This document shows positions 30,021-39,637 of a DNA stretch of 64,000 nt, in pieces. The position numbers were made by a program, and so were the translations under genes. The stretch comes from Simkaniaceae bacterium (GTDB lineage: Bacteria; Chlamydiota; Chlamydiia; Chlamydiales; Simkaniaceae), in the NCBI GenBank assembly GCA_050248615.1, contig JBFWSA010000002.1, forward strand, positions 1 through 64,000, in the 5' to 3' direction. Positions within the stretch are counted from its first letter, which is position 1; each line of letters starts with the position of its first letter. The notes beneath the pieces were generated by a model. That model was not told the DNA's origin. It saw only the letters and a list, made by a program, of their open reading frames with translations, and searched no databases.

Positions 30021-30893
30021 TCAAGAAAACTGTGCTAAGATTTGCTGCCAGCGGGGAAAGATTCGGGATTTGTCTTTAATATAGAGGAGAATCTCTTCAA
30101 GAGACTTGGTAGCAAATAGCTGAATTTCAAGATCCGTTAAACGAATGGCAAGGGGAAAAGGATCTTTTTGCTTAGGAAAAAGATTTTGGAGGGTTTGGAA
30201 GGTTTTCTTCAAAATCCGCTGGTCTTTTAGGAGAAGAACACAGCGAATAAAGCAATCAGCCAGGGGGAGAAAGGGAACCCCTTTGAGTAAAAGGAGAAAG
30301 GGGGTATTCCAGAAGAAAAGCGCTGCGACTTGCATAGCCAGTGAAATAAAAATCAGTGAGATAAAGAATAACACTTGGCTGGGTTTGCGATAAAGGGGGC
30401 CTAAGAAGCGGCGCCATTTTTGGGGAGCGTTCCAGTAGGCTAGGATTTCTTCAAAACGGGGTTCCTGAAAGGCAACTCTTAGAGCATGCACGGCTTCATG
30501 CTGAAGGACTTCCTCTTGAGTATAAAAAAGAAAATGCCCTTTTTTAAACCCTTTGCGGAGTTGAACGATAGGAAAAGAAGCCCCTTCAGGTGTGGTAAAA
30601 GTCCAGGAAGCTCCCCCTTGCCAAGGAAGGAGACGGTGATTGGAATAGTGTAGAGGAATCCAGTGGAGATGGGCGCGGAGTCTATTGAAATCAGCGATTA
30701 GGGGTCCATATTTTTGATCTTGTAATAGCTGCTGAGAGTGGGTTTTCAAGATGTCAAGCCGTTTGACAAAGGCCTCTTCTGTCTCATTAGGACCAGGAAT
30801 GAACCCCTCTTCCCCCAAAGCCTTCAGCGCCTCTAACCCTATCATTTTTTCAATTTGCGGATCGACCGGTATTGGACGATGAGACAGGCGCAC
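30021..30893 (-). CDS. Hypothetical membrane protein with HExxH motif
   Basis: EEVLQHEAVHALR...FEEILAY; two C-terminal hydrophobic segments. Confidence 0.6.
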   Translation of the reverse strand: MRLSHRPIPVDPQIEKMIGLEALKALGEEGFIPGPNETEEAFVKRLDILKTHSQQLLQDQKYGPLIADFNRLRAHLHWIPLHYSNHRLLPWQGGASWTFTTPEGASFPIVQLRKGFKKGHFLFYTQEEVLQHEAVHALRVAFQEPRFEEILAYWNAPQKWRRFLGPLYRKPSQVLFFISLIFISLAMQVAALFFWNTPFLLLLKGVPFLPLADCFIRCVLLLKDQRILKKTFQTLQNLFPKQKDPFPLAIRLTDLEIQLFATKSLEEILLYIKDKSRIFPRWQQILAQFS

Positions 30894-31924
30894 AACACCA
30901 AATTGGCCGATAAGATGACAGCATTAAAAAGGAGAATTTGATTATTTTTACGAGAGATAGAAATCAGGCGGCGTCTCACATTCCGTTCAAACTTGGTTTC
31001 GTCTTCAAACCATGTCGAAGCGTAGTAGTGATGTGCAAAAAGGGCAAAGTCATCATCAATCCGGTTAAAATAGGCAGCAGGGAAAATGATATCTGTATTT
31101 CCCTCTTGATCGGCTCCACTTTTCACGGCATCTTCAAAGGCAATAAAAGAGCGCTGAGCTACGCGGTAGATAATCGACTCTTTATCATCTCCTGGATAAG
31201 CCATCCCCACCTCATCCCATCTCTCTTTAACCCTGTCGATCGCTTTTTGCATCACAGGATGCCCAGGTTTTACACCAATGATGTTATTATTAACCGAGAT
31301 CGAGCTACTGAGAATGGGTTTATGGGGGGGTTCTAAACCACAATAGAGATCAAAGTTGTAGTGAAAAGGGGAAAAAGCCTTGAAGCACCGTACATCATGG
31401 TCAACGTAAAGCCCTCCCTCTTGATTTAAGATTTCATACCGAAGGAGGTCTGATTTTTCTGCATAATTATCGGACTGCTGAAAGCAATCTTTCAGTTTGG
31501 TAAATTTAAAATCTGTTACAAGATGCATCTCCATGGAAGGGTGGGGAAGGGCTCGGCGGCGATCTGTCCAGAATTTAAAGGTCCAGTTGGGGTGGTGCTC
31601 AACCCATGAGCGGACATTTTCAAGCGATTCTTTGGGGAAAGGGTTGGGTCCTAACCAAATAAAGTGAATGACTTTAGGAATTCTCACCTCTTCTTGCTTG
31701 AGAAACTGCAGGTCTTTGTTTTTGGTGTAAATGTCTTTAAAGCGATGAATGTTTTTAAAGTCTTCATGGGTCTCGACAAATTTCCACACACTTTTATTCG
31801 ACCCCATCAAGGTATTGAAATCATCGGACTGTTTCACGTGGCTTTTCTTTTCACACGCAGTCATTAAAATGATGAGGAGAATGATGAAGAGGATTTTTAA
31901 ACCCAAACTTAAAGGAGCTTTCAT
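30842..31924 (-). CDS. GT32 (DXD, Och1/Sur1-like) glycosyltransferase, lipoprotein-like
   Basis: IPKVIHFIWLG and SDLLRYEIL..EGGLYVDHD motifs; lipobox-like LMTAC; C-terminal TM. Confidence 0.85.
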   Translation of the reverse strand: MKAPLSLGLKILFIILLIILMTACEKKSHVKQSDDFNTLMGSNKSVWKFVETHEDFKNIHRFKDIYTKNKDLQFLKQEEVRIPKVIHFIWLGPNPFPKESLENVRSWVEHHPNWTFKFWTDRRRALPHPSMEMHLVTDFKFTKLKDCFQQSDNYAEKSDLLRYEILNQEGGLYVDHDVRCFKAFSPFHYNFDLYCGLEPPHKPILSSSISVNNNIIGVKPGHPVMQKAIDRVKERWDEVGMAYPGDDKESIIYRVAQRSFIAFEDAVKSGADQEGNTDIIFPAAYFNRIDDDFALFAHHYYASTWFEDETKFERNVRRRLISISRKNNQILLFNAVILSANLVLCACLIVQYRSIRKLKK

Positions 31925-33030
31925 TGTGTCTTCTTCCTTTTAATCTCTCTGTTAATGAGAAAGTATAAGCTAAAGCACCCGATCAATGCAAATAGACTCA
32001 TTAATTCTACATGGATGATCTTGGCATCTCGGTTACGGAGATGGCGCAACATTTTTTGAAAAAACTGCTCGTTGGGGGTTTCATTTAAATTGTTCCAGGT
32101 CGTCCCATAGAGGTGCTCGGAATAAAAACCGGGGAGGTTCCCCTTGGGATAAAAGTAGCAGGCTGGAAAAATAATATCGGTATTTCCGGGTTGATTGAGC
32201 CCTTTTTCAAAGGCATGGGTGAAAGCAATCAGTGTCCGGTGGGTCACACGTCGTGCTTGCACCAGAGGATCAGATGCGGAAAATTTTTCTGTTACGGCAT
32301 CCCACCTTTCTAAGACTAGGCGTATCGTTTCCTGTAAAGCAGGGTGGCGGGGTTTTGCTCCAATGACACCAATCCCTGCAGTGAGGGCTAGGGAATCAAT
32401 TTCCTCATGAGGCATTTCGAGTCCTGCATAAAAATCATAACCCGTATGGAGGCCGTGGAAAGGGCGGACACAAGCCGCATCATGATCGATATAAAGTCCC
32501 CCTTGTTGATAGAGGATCTCATAACGCCAGATATCAGCTTTTTCTCCCCAGTTTTTGGATTCTTTAAATTTATCCTGCAGAAATTCAAAGTGAAAATCTT
32601 TTAATTGCTTCACTTGCATCCCATTACAGGGGGGCAAACGTTTTCGATCTGTCCAAAAGTTGAATGTCCAGTCTGGATGATGGGCCATCCATGTACGGAT
32701 GTTTTCAACCGATCCAGAGGGAAAAGGTTTAGGTCCAATCCAGATCAGATGGATGATTTTGGGAATTTTAAAACTAGGGTTAGAATTAAACTGATGTTTG
32801 TAATTTTTTTTGTAGAGAGTTTTAAAACATTCAAGATCTCGATAATCACGCTTTGTTTGGATGTAGTTCCAATTGCTTGTATCACTTCCTTCTAGTTTTT
32901 CAAAAGAATCTTCCAGGGTCAAATGAGAACTTTGCTCTCTTTTGTTGCTGTTGCTCTTCATATTCTGAGAGAATACGTAGAAAAAAACGAGGGGGCAAAC
33001 AAATAGGAGGATAAGGATTTCTTTTTTCAT
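31921..33030 (-). CDS. GT32 (DXD) glycosyltransferase, paralogue of 30842-31924
   Basis: IPKIIHLIWIG and ADIWRYEILYQQGGLYIDHD motifs; N- and C-terminal TM. Confidence 0.85.
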   Translation of the reverse strand: MKKEILILLFVCPLVFFYVFSQNMKSNSNKREQSSHLTLEDSFEKLEGSDTSNWNYIQTKRDYRDLECFKTLYKKNYKHQFNSNPSFKIPKIIHLIWIGPKPFPSGSVENIRTWMAHHPDWTFNFWTDRKRLPPCNGMQVKQLKDFHFEFLQDKFKESKNWGEKADIWRYEILYQQGGLYIDHDAACVRPFHGLHTGYDFYAGLEMPHEEIDSLALTAGIGVIGAKPRHPALQETIRLVLERWDAVTEKFSASDPLVQARRVTHRTLIAFTHAFEKGLNQPGNTDIIFPACYFYPKGNLPGFYSEHLYGTTWNNLNETPNEQFFQKMLRHLRNRDAKIIHVELMSLFALIGCFSLYFLINREIKRKKTQ

Positions 33031-33085
33031 AAAAACCTACCCTGTTTTAAAAATTGCGGGGTCCTTGGGTAATGCCTGAATAGGT

Positions 33086-34717
33086 TCATTTTTCCCTTTT
33101 GATAAATTGGGGTTCATAATTGATTTCAATCTCACTATTTTCTAATCCCTTTAGGGGGACTATATCCATTTTTAACCCTTGTTGAAAGGCTGTCAGGAGA
33201 TCTTTGGTTGAAATATTTGTCTTCTTCTCATTGATCCACTCATTGGCACTCACAATATTCAGGGGAAGGTTCACAACTTTTGAGCGCTCGTAGTATAACC
33301 CTATTTGGGATAAATCTGCATGCTCATTCCACAGCGCTTGCAAAATATTCGGGTTATGAAACTTCATGCAGAGAAAATAGGGATAAATCTCTTCTTTCCT
33401 AAACAGGGTCATATTCACTGAATTGGGGCAGGCCCACGCCCCCTTTCCTGTAGAAAATTGCCAAGCAAAGATCCCCTCCTGAAGGGGAATCGTATGTTGT
33501 GGAGGGGAGTCGAGATGATTCCCTAAACGAAAATAGAATCCATAGGCCCCTGTCTGTTTCATCAATTGGACAGCCTCTTTCATATCGATGGTGTCTCGAA
33601 CGATATTATCATCGAGTGCAAAGGCGACATAGCGGGCTGTGGATACTTGCCTATCAAAAACAGCTTTTTGGACAAGGGGAGAAAAATCCTCATAGGGAGC
33701 TTCAAAGGATTGTTTGATGTAAGTGACTTGAGGAAAATCTTTTTTCACCTGCTCATACCCTTCATCATAGGATTCATTCTCCGCGCGGTAGATGACATAG
33801 AGGCGGTGAAGGTTTTTAATATAGGTATTTGCAGACTCTAAAAAAGCATAAAGCTGAAGGGGGCGATTATAGGAAAATACAACAATGTCTACATGTTCAT
33901 CATCCCTAATAAAATTGTGTCCAGGGAGATCTCTGTGGGGGGCATAGGCCATGAGTGCCTTCACTTCCTCAGAGGGAGAGAGGAGCTTAGCTCCACTTAA
34001 ATAAAATAGGTTGGGGGTGAAAAAAGCATGTTCTCTAGCAAGTCCTTTGAGGGGTGCGTGGATGATTTTTTCTTTACTTTCTGTAAGGAATCTCCCCTCT
34101 TGCACAAACTCTTGAAGCTTGATCTTTTGGAAAAGTCCCACATAAAAAGTCCGCAATGTAGAATGATTTTTTCGCTTCTCATAGGTAGGGTAATCGAGTG
34201 CAGAGGCTTCTGTAACCCAAACATCGGGATTAGCATAGAGGTGGTTGAGTTCATTTAAGACATTTTCATGAGCTAAAAATTCTTTTCCTTCTAAAAGGAG
34301 GGCGATTTCATGGCTTTGACACGCATGCAGCGCTCGATAAAACACTTCTAAAACATTTTGATCTTTAGTGGGGCGCAGGAGGGTGTGATCTCTAAAGGGA
34401 TGGCGACTTAAGACATTTTCCACTTTTTCGTAGCTTCCATCTGTGGAGCCTCCATCGATATAGATGAGACGGAAAGGATCATAATTTTGGTTTAAAACAG
34501 AAACCAATGTTTGCTCACAGGTAGAGGCATTATTATAGGCGTGAATCACAACGACAAAGGGGGCTTTTTTCAGGATGGGATGGGTGGCATAGATCGGTTT
34601 CAGAGACCCTACTGCCATCTTGTTTACTAAAACTTTGACTTTAATTTCTCGGTATGAAAAACCTAGGGTAAACCCGATAGCAATGAGAACTAAAATAAGG
34701 AAAAACCGCTTCATCAC
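33086..34717 (-). CDS. Membrane-anchored two-domain GT2/GT-A-like glycosyltransferase
   Basis: IDGGSTDG; second domain DIVVFSYNRPLQL and FALDDN. Confidence 0.78.
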   Translation of the reverse strand: MMKRFFLILVLIAIGFTLGFSYREIKVKVLVNKMAVGSLKPIYATHPILKKAPFVVVIHAYNNASTCEQTLVSVLNQNYDPFRLIYIDGGSTDGSYEKVENVLSRHPFRDHTLLRPTKDQNVLEVFYRALHACQSHEIALLLEGKEFLAHENVLNELNHLYANPDVWVTEASALDYPTYEKRKNHSTLRTFYVGLFQKIKLQEFVQEGRFLTESKEKIIHAPLKGLAREHAFFTPNLFYLSGAKLLSPSEEVKALMAYAPHRDLPGHNFIRDDEHVDIVVFSYNRPLQLYAFLESANTYIKNLHRLYVIYRAENESYDEGYEQVKKDFPQVTYIKQSFEAPYEDFSPLVQKAVFDRQVSTARYVAFALDDNIVRDTIDMKEAVQLMKQTGAYGFYFRLGNHLDSPPQHTIPLQEGIFAWQFSTGKGAWACPNSVNMTLFRKEEIYPYFLCMKFHNPNILQALWNEHADLSQIGLYYERSKVVNLPLNIVSANEWINEKKTNISTKDLLTAFQQGLKMDIVPLKGLENSEIEINYEPQFIKREK

Positions 34718-34882
34718 GCGCTCCTTGATAAAAAATCTTTTTTAAGGATGGTAACTTATTCGATTTCGTTTTCTGATTCAATAAGAAATTCCTTCCTTGG
34801 GACTATCAAAAATGATTGAAGCTTGAAAATAATGAATAAAATTAAGTAGCCTGAAAAGCTTATTATTTATTTTACTGAAGAT

Positions 34883-37453
34883 ATGGGAAAAGGAAAAACC
34901 TTAATCATCGTTGAGTCTCCGACTAAGGTAAAGACTCTCAAAAAATTTTTGGGTAATGCTTACCATGTGGAATCTTCGGTAGGTCACATCCGCGATTTGC
35001 CTACGCGGGGCTTTGGAATTGATCTGGAAAATGACTTTGAGCCTCAGTACGAAAATCTTCCTGATAAAAAGGATGTGATTGACAAACTGAAGAAGACTGC
35101 AAAAGAATGCGATACCGTTTATCTCTCTCCCGACCCCGACCGCGAAGGGGAAGCGATTGCATGGCATATTGCACATATTTTGCCTAAAGGCCCTACTGTC
35201 CAGCGTGTGACGTTCAATGCGATTACTAAAGATGCTGTAAGTGAAGCCCTCAAGCATCCCCGAAAAATCGATATCTCTTTGGTGAACGCCCAACAAGCGC
35301 GTCGCTTACTCGATCGTATGGTGGGGTATAAAATCTCCCCGCTGCTCCAAAGACGGATTAAACGGAGTGGATCGGGGGGAAATCTTTCTGCAGGGCGTGT
35401 GCAGTCCGTTGCTTTAAAGTTAGTTGTCGATCGAGAAAAAGAGATTGAGGCCTTTGATCCCGTTGAATATTGGAATATTTCTGCAACTCTTCAGCAAAAC
35501 CCTAAAGAACGCTCTTTCATAGCAGCCTTATACTCTATTGATGGAAAAAAGGTAGAAAAAGAGGCCATCAAAGGAAAAGATGTCGCCCTTATTCCCAACG
35601 AAATCGAAGCCAAAAAGCTCGTGACCGCTCTGAATCATGCCACATTCAAGGTCTCCCACGTCGAAAAGAAAGAAAAGAAGCGCCACCCCGTTCCTCCCTT
35701 TATCACATCTACTTTGCAACAAGAGGCGAGCCGACACTATGGTTTTGCGGTATCCCGTACGATGGGAATTGCTCAAAGCCTCTATGAAGGGGTTGACCTC
35801 GGATCAGAAGGGACAGAGGGATTAATCACCTATATGCGTACCGATTCTGTGCGCGTTGAGCCAGAAGCAATTAATAATGTGCGTAAACTCATCGATGGAG
35901 CTTATGGCAAAGAGTACCTTCCTCATAGTCCCAAGGTCTATTCTACAAAGAAAAGTGCGCAAGATGCCCACGAAGCAATCCGCCCCACGAATTTAAATCA
36001 CCCTCCCGATGTGATCAAATCCTACTTAACGCCTGATCAATACAAACTCTATGTACTCATTTGGAGACGCTTCCTCGCCTCTCAAATGAACCCTGCTATT
36101 TATGATACAGTTTCCTGTGAGATTGTGACCGACCAAAAACTGGTGCTGCGCTCTTCAGGTTCGATTATCAAATTCAAAGGGTTTCTAGCGGTTTACGAAG
36201 AAAAAGAAGACCGCGATGAAGAGGAAATCATGCAAAGTGATAGTGACAGAATCCTCCCTCCCCTCGTCGAAGGACAAGTGCTCAAGCTGCTTGAAGTGAA
36301 TTCTTCTCAATCCTTTACCAAACCCCCTCCTCGTTTTACAGAAGCCTCTCTTGTCAAAGAACTGGAAAAATCGGGAATTGGGCGCCCTTCAACTTACGCT
36401 TCTATCATGAATAAAATCCATAGCCGTGCCTATACAACAAAAGAACGTCTCGCTCTAAAACCCACTGAGCTAGGTAAAATCATCGCACAAATGCTTGAGA
36501 ATCACTTCAACCTCATCATGGATATCAAATTCACCGCACGGATGGAAGATGATCTGGATGAAATCGCAGAGAGTAAACAAGACTGGCGAGAGTTTTTAAA
36601 AGGATTTTGGGAAAAATTTGTCCCTGTTCTCGAAAAAGCAGAGAAAGAGGCCTTTGTCCCCAAGCTCATGACCGATATCAACTGTCCCAAATGCGGGAAT
36701 AAGCTCCAAAAAATCTGGTCCCGTGATAAATATTTCTATGGCTGCTCCAATTACCCCGATTGCAAGTTCACTGTTTCGATCGAGGCTTTAGAGTTTAAGA
36801 AAGAAGATTACGCTGACAATTTTGACTGGGATCAACCCTGCCCCAAATGCTCGTCCCCAATGAAAATTCGTTTTGGGCGGTTTGGAGCCTTTTTAGGTTG
36901 TGAGCGCTACCCAGATTGTAATGGGATTGTGAATATTCCTAAAAAAGATGAGCCCCTTCCTGAAGAGATGCCCAAATGTCCCGCGGTAGGATGTGATGGG
37001 GATATTAAGCAACGGCGCAGTCGGTTTGGGAAACCTTTTTTCAGCTGCTCTAATTACCCTGATTGCGACGTGATCGTTAACCAGTTGGATGATTTAGAAA
37101 TGAAATATCAAAATCATCCGAAAACACCCTATGTAAAGAAAACGAAAAAGGGTGTGAAGAAGGTTGCTGCTAAAAAAGCTACAAAGAAAAAAACGGCTAA
37201 AAAGAAAACAGCAGCAAAAGGAAAGCCCCTCGCCCTCTCTCCTCAACTAGCAGCTGTTGTCGGAGCAAAGGAATTATCACGTCCTGAGGTCACCAAAAAA
37301 GTGTGGGAATATATCAAGGCTAAGGAGCTTCAAGATCCCAACAATAAACGCCTGATTGTTCCGGACAATAAGTTGGAAAAAGTGTTTGGACACTCCGATC
37401 CCGTCGACATGATGAAATTGCCCGGGATCTTAAGTAAACATATCAAGAAATGA
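34883..37453 (+). CDS. topA: DNA topoisomerase I with Zn-ribbons and C-terminal SWIB domain
   Basis: IVESPTK, DPDREGEAI, SAGRVQS, LITYMRTDS, CPKC repeats; SWIB domain LSRPEVTKKVWEYIK. Confidence 0.98.
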   Translation: MGKGKTLIIVESPTKVKTLKKFLGNAYHVESSVGHIRDLPTRGFGIDLENDFEPQYENLPDKKDVIDKLKKTAKECDTVYLSPDPDREGEAIAWHIAHILPKGPTVQRVTFNAITKDAVSEALKHPRKIDISLVNAQQARRLLDRMVGYKISPLLQRRIKRSGSGGNLSAGRVQSVALKLVVDREKEIEAFDPVEYWNISATLQQNPKERSFIAALYSIDGKKVEKEAIKGKDVALIPNEIEAKKLVTALNHATFKVSHVEKKEKKRHPVPPFITSTLQQEASRHYGFAVSRTMGIAQSLYEGVDLGSEGTEGLITYMRTDSVRVEPEAINNVRKLIDGAYGKEYLPHSPKVYSTKKSAQDAHEAIRPTNLNHPPDVIKSYLTPDQYKLYVLIWRRFLASQMNPAIYDTVSCEIVTDQKLVLRSSGSIIKFKGFLAVYEEKEDRDEEEIMQSDSDRILPPLVEGQVLKLLEVNSSQSFTKPPPRFTEASLVKELEKSGIGRPSTYASIMNKIHSRAYTTKERLALKPTELGKIIAQMLENHFNLIMDIKFTARMEDDLDEIAESKQDWREFLKGFWEKFVPVLEKAEKEAFVPKLMTDINCPKCGNKLQKIWSRDKYFYGCSNYPDCKFTVSIEALEFKKEDYADNFDWDQPCPKCSSPMKIRFGRFGAFLGCERYPDCNGIVNIPKKDEPLPEEMPKCPAVGCDGDIKQRRSRFGKPFFSCSNYPDCDVIVNQLDDLEMKYQNHPKTPYVKKTKKGVKKVAAKKATKKKTAKKKTAAKGKPLALSPQLAAVVGAKELSRPEVTKKVWEYIKAKELQDPNNKRLIVPDNKLEKVFGHSDPVDMMKLPGILSKHIKK

Positions 37454-38733
37454 AGCTCTCTCTTCAAAGCATTCAGCGCTTTCTCGTTTATTGTTTTGTT
37501 TTTTTTGGCCCCCTAGGCTCTCTCCTTTCACCTGCCTTCATGCCTAAGGCTTTTCGTTTTTACCATCTTTTTTTAATCTTCTCTCCTCTCTTTTTTATCA
37601 GAATCAAAGCATATCAATGGAAAGCCACTCTCTCTTTTATCCCTTTTCTCGCTTATTGTTTTGTCTCTGCTTATTTTACTGAAAACAAACCCTTGATCGA
37701 AGAAGGGGCTCATCCATTTTTTCGGTCAGGACTCCTTATCTCTCAGTATCTTTTTATGTTTGGGGCAGCCTTTTGTTTCCCTGCCCTTGAAAAAGGACGC
37801 CTTTTACGTCTCTATTTAGGGGGAATCTTTTTTTCGCTTATAGCAGGATATATCCTTTTTTTCGGATACTACGAAGGGTGGATCTCGTGGAAAACGCTTA
37901 ATCATTTTTGCGTAGAAGCTCAGATGGCATGGAATGTTTTGCGGTTTGCTCCTGGCTCTTACGCCAATGAGTATGGTAATGTGTGTAGCTTTGTATTAGC
38001 GGTTCTCATCCTTCTCTTAGCAGAGAGAAAAAAGTTTTCTTTGTGCCTCTATCTCCTCTTTATCCTTACCTTCATTGCTTTGGTTCTTACAACGACACGT
38101 GCAGCCTATTATTCTTTTGCAATCACCTTTGTGTATCTATGTCTAGTCTCTAAACCTGTACGACGATTTTCGATAAAATTTATCGTATTAGGTAGCCTTC
38201 TCATCGGTATCCTCAAGCATTATACTTTCGATTTTTTGTATGTTCTTTTTGGAGGAATCAAAGCGATCAGCTTAAAAACAGGTTCGAGTGGAACGCGGAT
38301 CACGGAATGGGTGAAGGGGTTTGAAGAGTTAGGAAGTGCGGCTGTTTTCGGAACAGGTTTTGGAAACAATATCGCTTCTCATAATGTCTATCTAGAACTC
38401 CTCTATGAAGTGGGAATCGCCGGATCTCTCCTTCTCCTTATTTGCTTGGTCTATTACTTTAGTGAGCACCACTTGCAGATAAAAAGAGCCTTTTTCAGTA
38501 GAGCAAAAAGCCAGGAAGAGAGACTCTACACTCAGATTACTTTAATTGGCCTGCTCCATATTTTTCTGTTTGCACTCACCAACCATAATATGCACCACCA
38601 TCTCACGTGGATGACTTTTCTCTTCTTTAATCTCTCTCTTTTTAGGGAAAAAGCGCTTTCTCCTGAAGCTCTGAAAGACGGTGCATTGCGTCACGATGAC
38701 ACACCACAACATGCTCTCCGCTTTTTACAATAA
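37450..38733 (+). CDS. O-antigen ligase/polymerase (Wzy/WaaL-like) membrane protein
   Basis: Multi-TM; LTTTRAA, SSGTR, FGTGFG and SHNVYLELLYEVGIAG motifs. Confidence 0.8.
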   Translation: MKLSLQSIQRFLVYCFVFFGPLGSLLSPAFMPKAFRFYHLFLIFSPLFFIRIKAYQWKATLSFIPFLAYCFVSAYFTENKPLIEEGAHPFFRSGLLISQYLFMFGAAFCFPALEKGRLLRLYLGGIFFSLIAGYILFFGYYEGWISWKTLNHFCVEAQMAWNVLRFAPGSYANEYGNVCSFVLAVLILLLAERKKFSLCLYLLFILTFIALVLTTTRAAYYSFAITFVYLCLVSKPVRRFSIKFIVLGSLLIGILKHYTFDFLYVLFGGIKAISLKTGSSGTRITEWVKGFEELGSAAVFGTGFGNNIASHNVYLELLYEVGIAGSLLLLICLVYYFSEHHLQIKRAFFSRAKSQEERLYTQITLIGLLHIFLFALTNHNMHHHLTWMTFLFFNLSLFREKALSPEALKDGALRHDDTPQHALRFLQ

Positions 38734-39637
38734 GGAGATCTTTTACCCCTAAAGTGGTGATTCCCTCTCCAAAAACAAGGCACTCTTTAGTAGCAATCGC
38801 TTGTACATTTCCACTTAAAAAATTTGCATTCTCATCTTTAGGAAGCATCTTACTGATACGGTCCCAGGTGCCTAAGTCTGACCACAATGAAGGGTAGGGA
38901 ATCAAGACTATATGGGAGGTTTTTTCCATCAGGGCATGATCAATGGAAAGGATTGGGAGGTCGGAAAAGTGCTGGAGAGCTTTTTCATAGGGGTATCTAA
39001 ACCACTCAAAAAATTCAGGGGCATGTTGTCTTAGTTCCTGAAGGAATGCACCGATTTGAAATACAAAAATCCCCGCATTCCAATAGCAGTTACCCTGTAG
39101 CAAGAGGGTTTGCGCTAGGGGGAGTGCTGGTTTTTCAATAAAACTCGTGACCCGAAGGACCCCTTCCCCTTTTTCTGTCTGAATATAGCCATACCCTGTT
39201 TCTGGATAGGTAGGGGTGATCCCAAAAGTCACAATAACTCCAGTTGCTGCAGCTTTTTTAGCAACAGGAAGTAGCCGTTGAAAGTCTTCTGCGTTTTCAA
39301 AATAGTGATCAGAAGGACAAACCACACAAAGAGACTCTTCCCGTGCTCCCATTTTGTCTATTAGATACTTCAAACTCAAGCAAATCGCAGGAGCTGTATT
39401 TCTCCCTTCTGGCTCGACAAGAATGGCATCTCCAAAGGAAGGGCCCAATTGTTTTTGGGTGATTTGAAAATGTTTCTGATTTGTCACCACTAAGACTTCA
39501 GCTTGAGAAAACCGATTGACGGTCTGTTGAAGAAGCGATTCTCCCCGGTCAAAATCGAGGAATTGTTTAGGGTAAGCTTCTGAGGAAAGGGGCCAAAGGC
39601 GTTTACCGCTTCCGCCGGCAAGAATGATGACTTTCAT
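38642..39637 (-). CDS. manC: Mannose-1-phosphate guanylyltransferase (no PMI domain)
   Basis: ILAGGSGKRLWPLS, EPEGRNTAPA, PSDH, TGYGYI, FIEKP and WSDLGTW motifs. Confidence 0.92.
   Translation of the reverse strand: MKVIILAGGSGKRLWPLSSEAYPKQFLDFDRGESLLQQTVNRFSQAEVLVVTNQKHFQITQKQLGPSFGDAILVEPEGRNTAPAICLSLKYLIDKMGAREESLCVVCPSDHYFENAEDFQRLLPVAKKAAATGVIVTFGITPTYPETGYGYIQTEKGEGVLRVTSFIEKPALPLAQTLLLQGNCYWNAGIFVFQIGAFLQELRQHAPEFFEWFRYPYEKALQHFSDLPILSIDHALMEKTSHIVLIPYPSLWSDLGTWDRISKMLPKDENANFLSGNVQAIATKECLVFGEGITTLGVKDLLIVKSGEHVVVCHRDAMHRLSELQEKALFP

Noticed and set aside
38642..38733. 92-bp convergent overlap of the wzy-like gene and manC as an antisense control
   Set aside because: Most likely stop-codon drift; the extra tail is non-conserved-looking and nothing else supports regulation.
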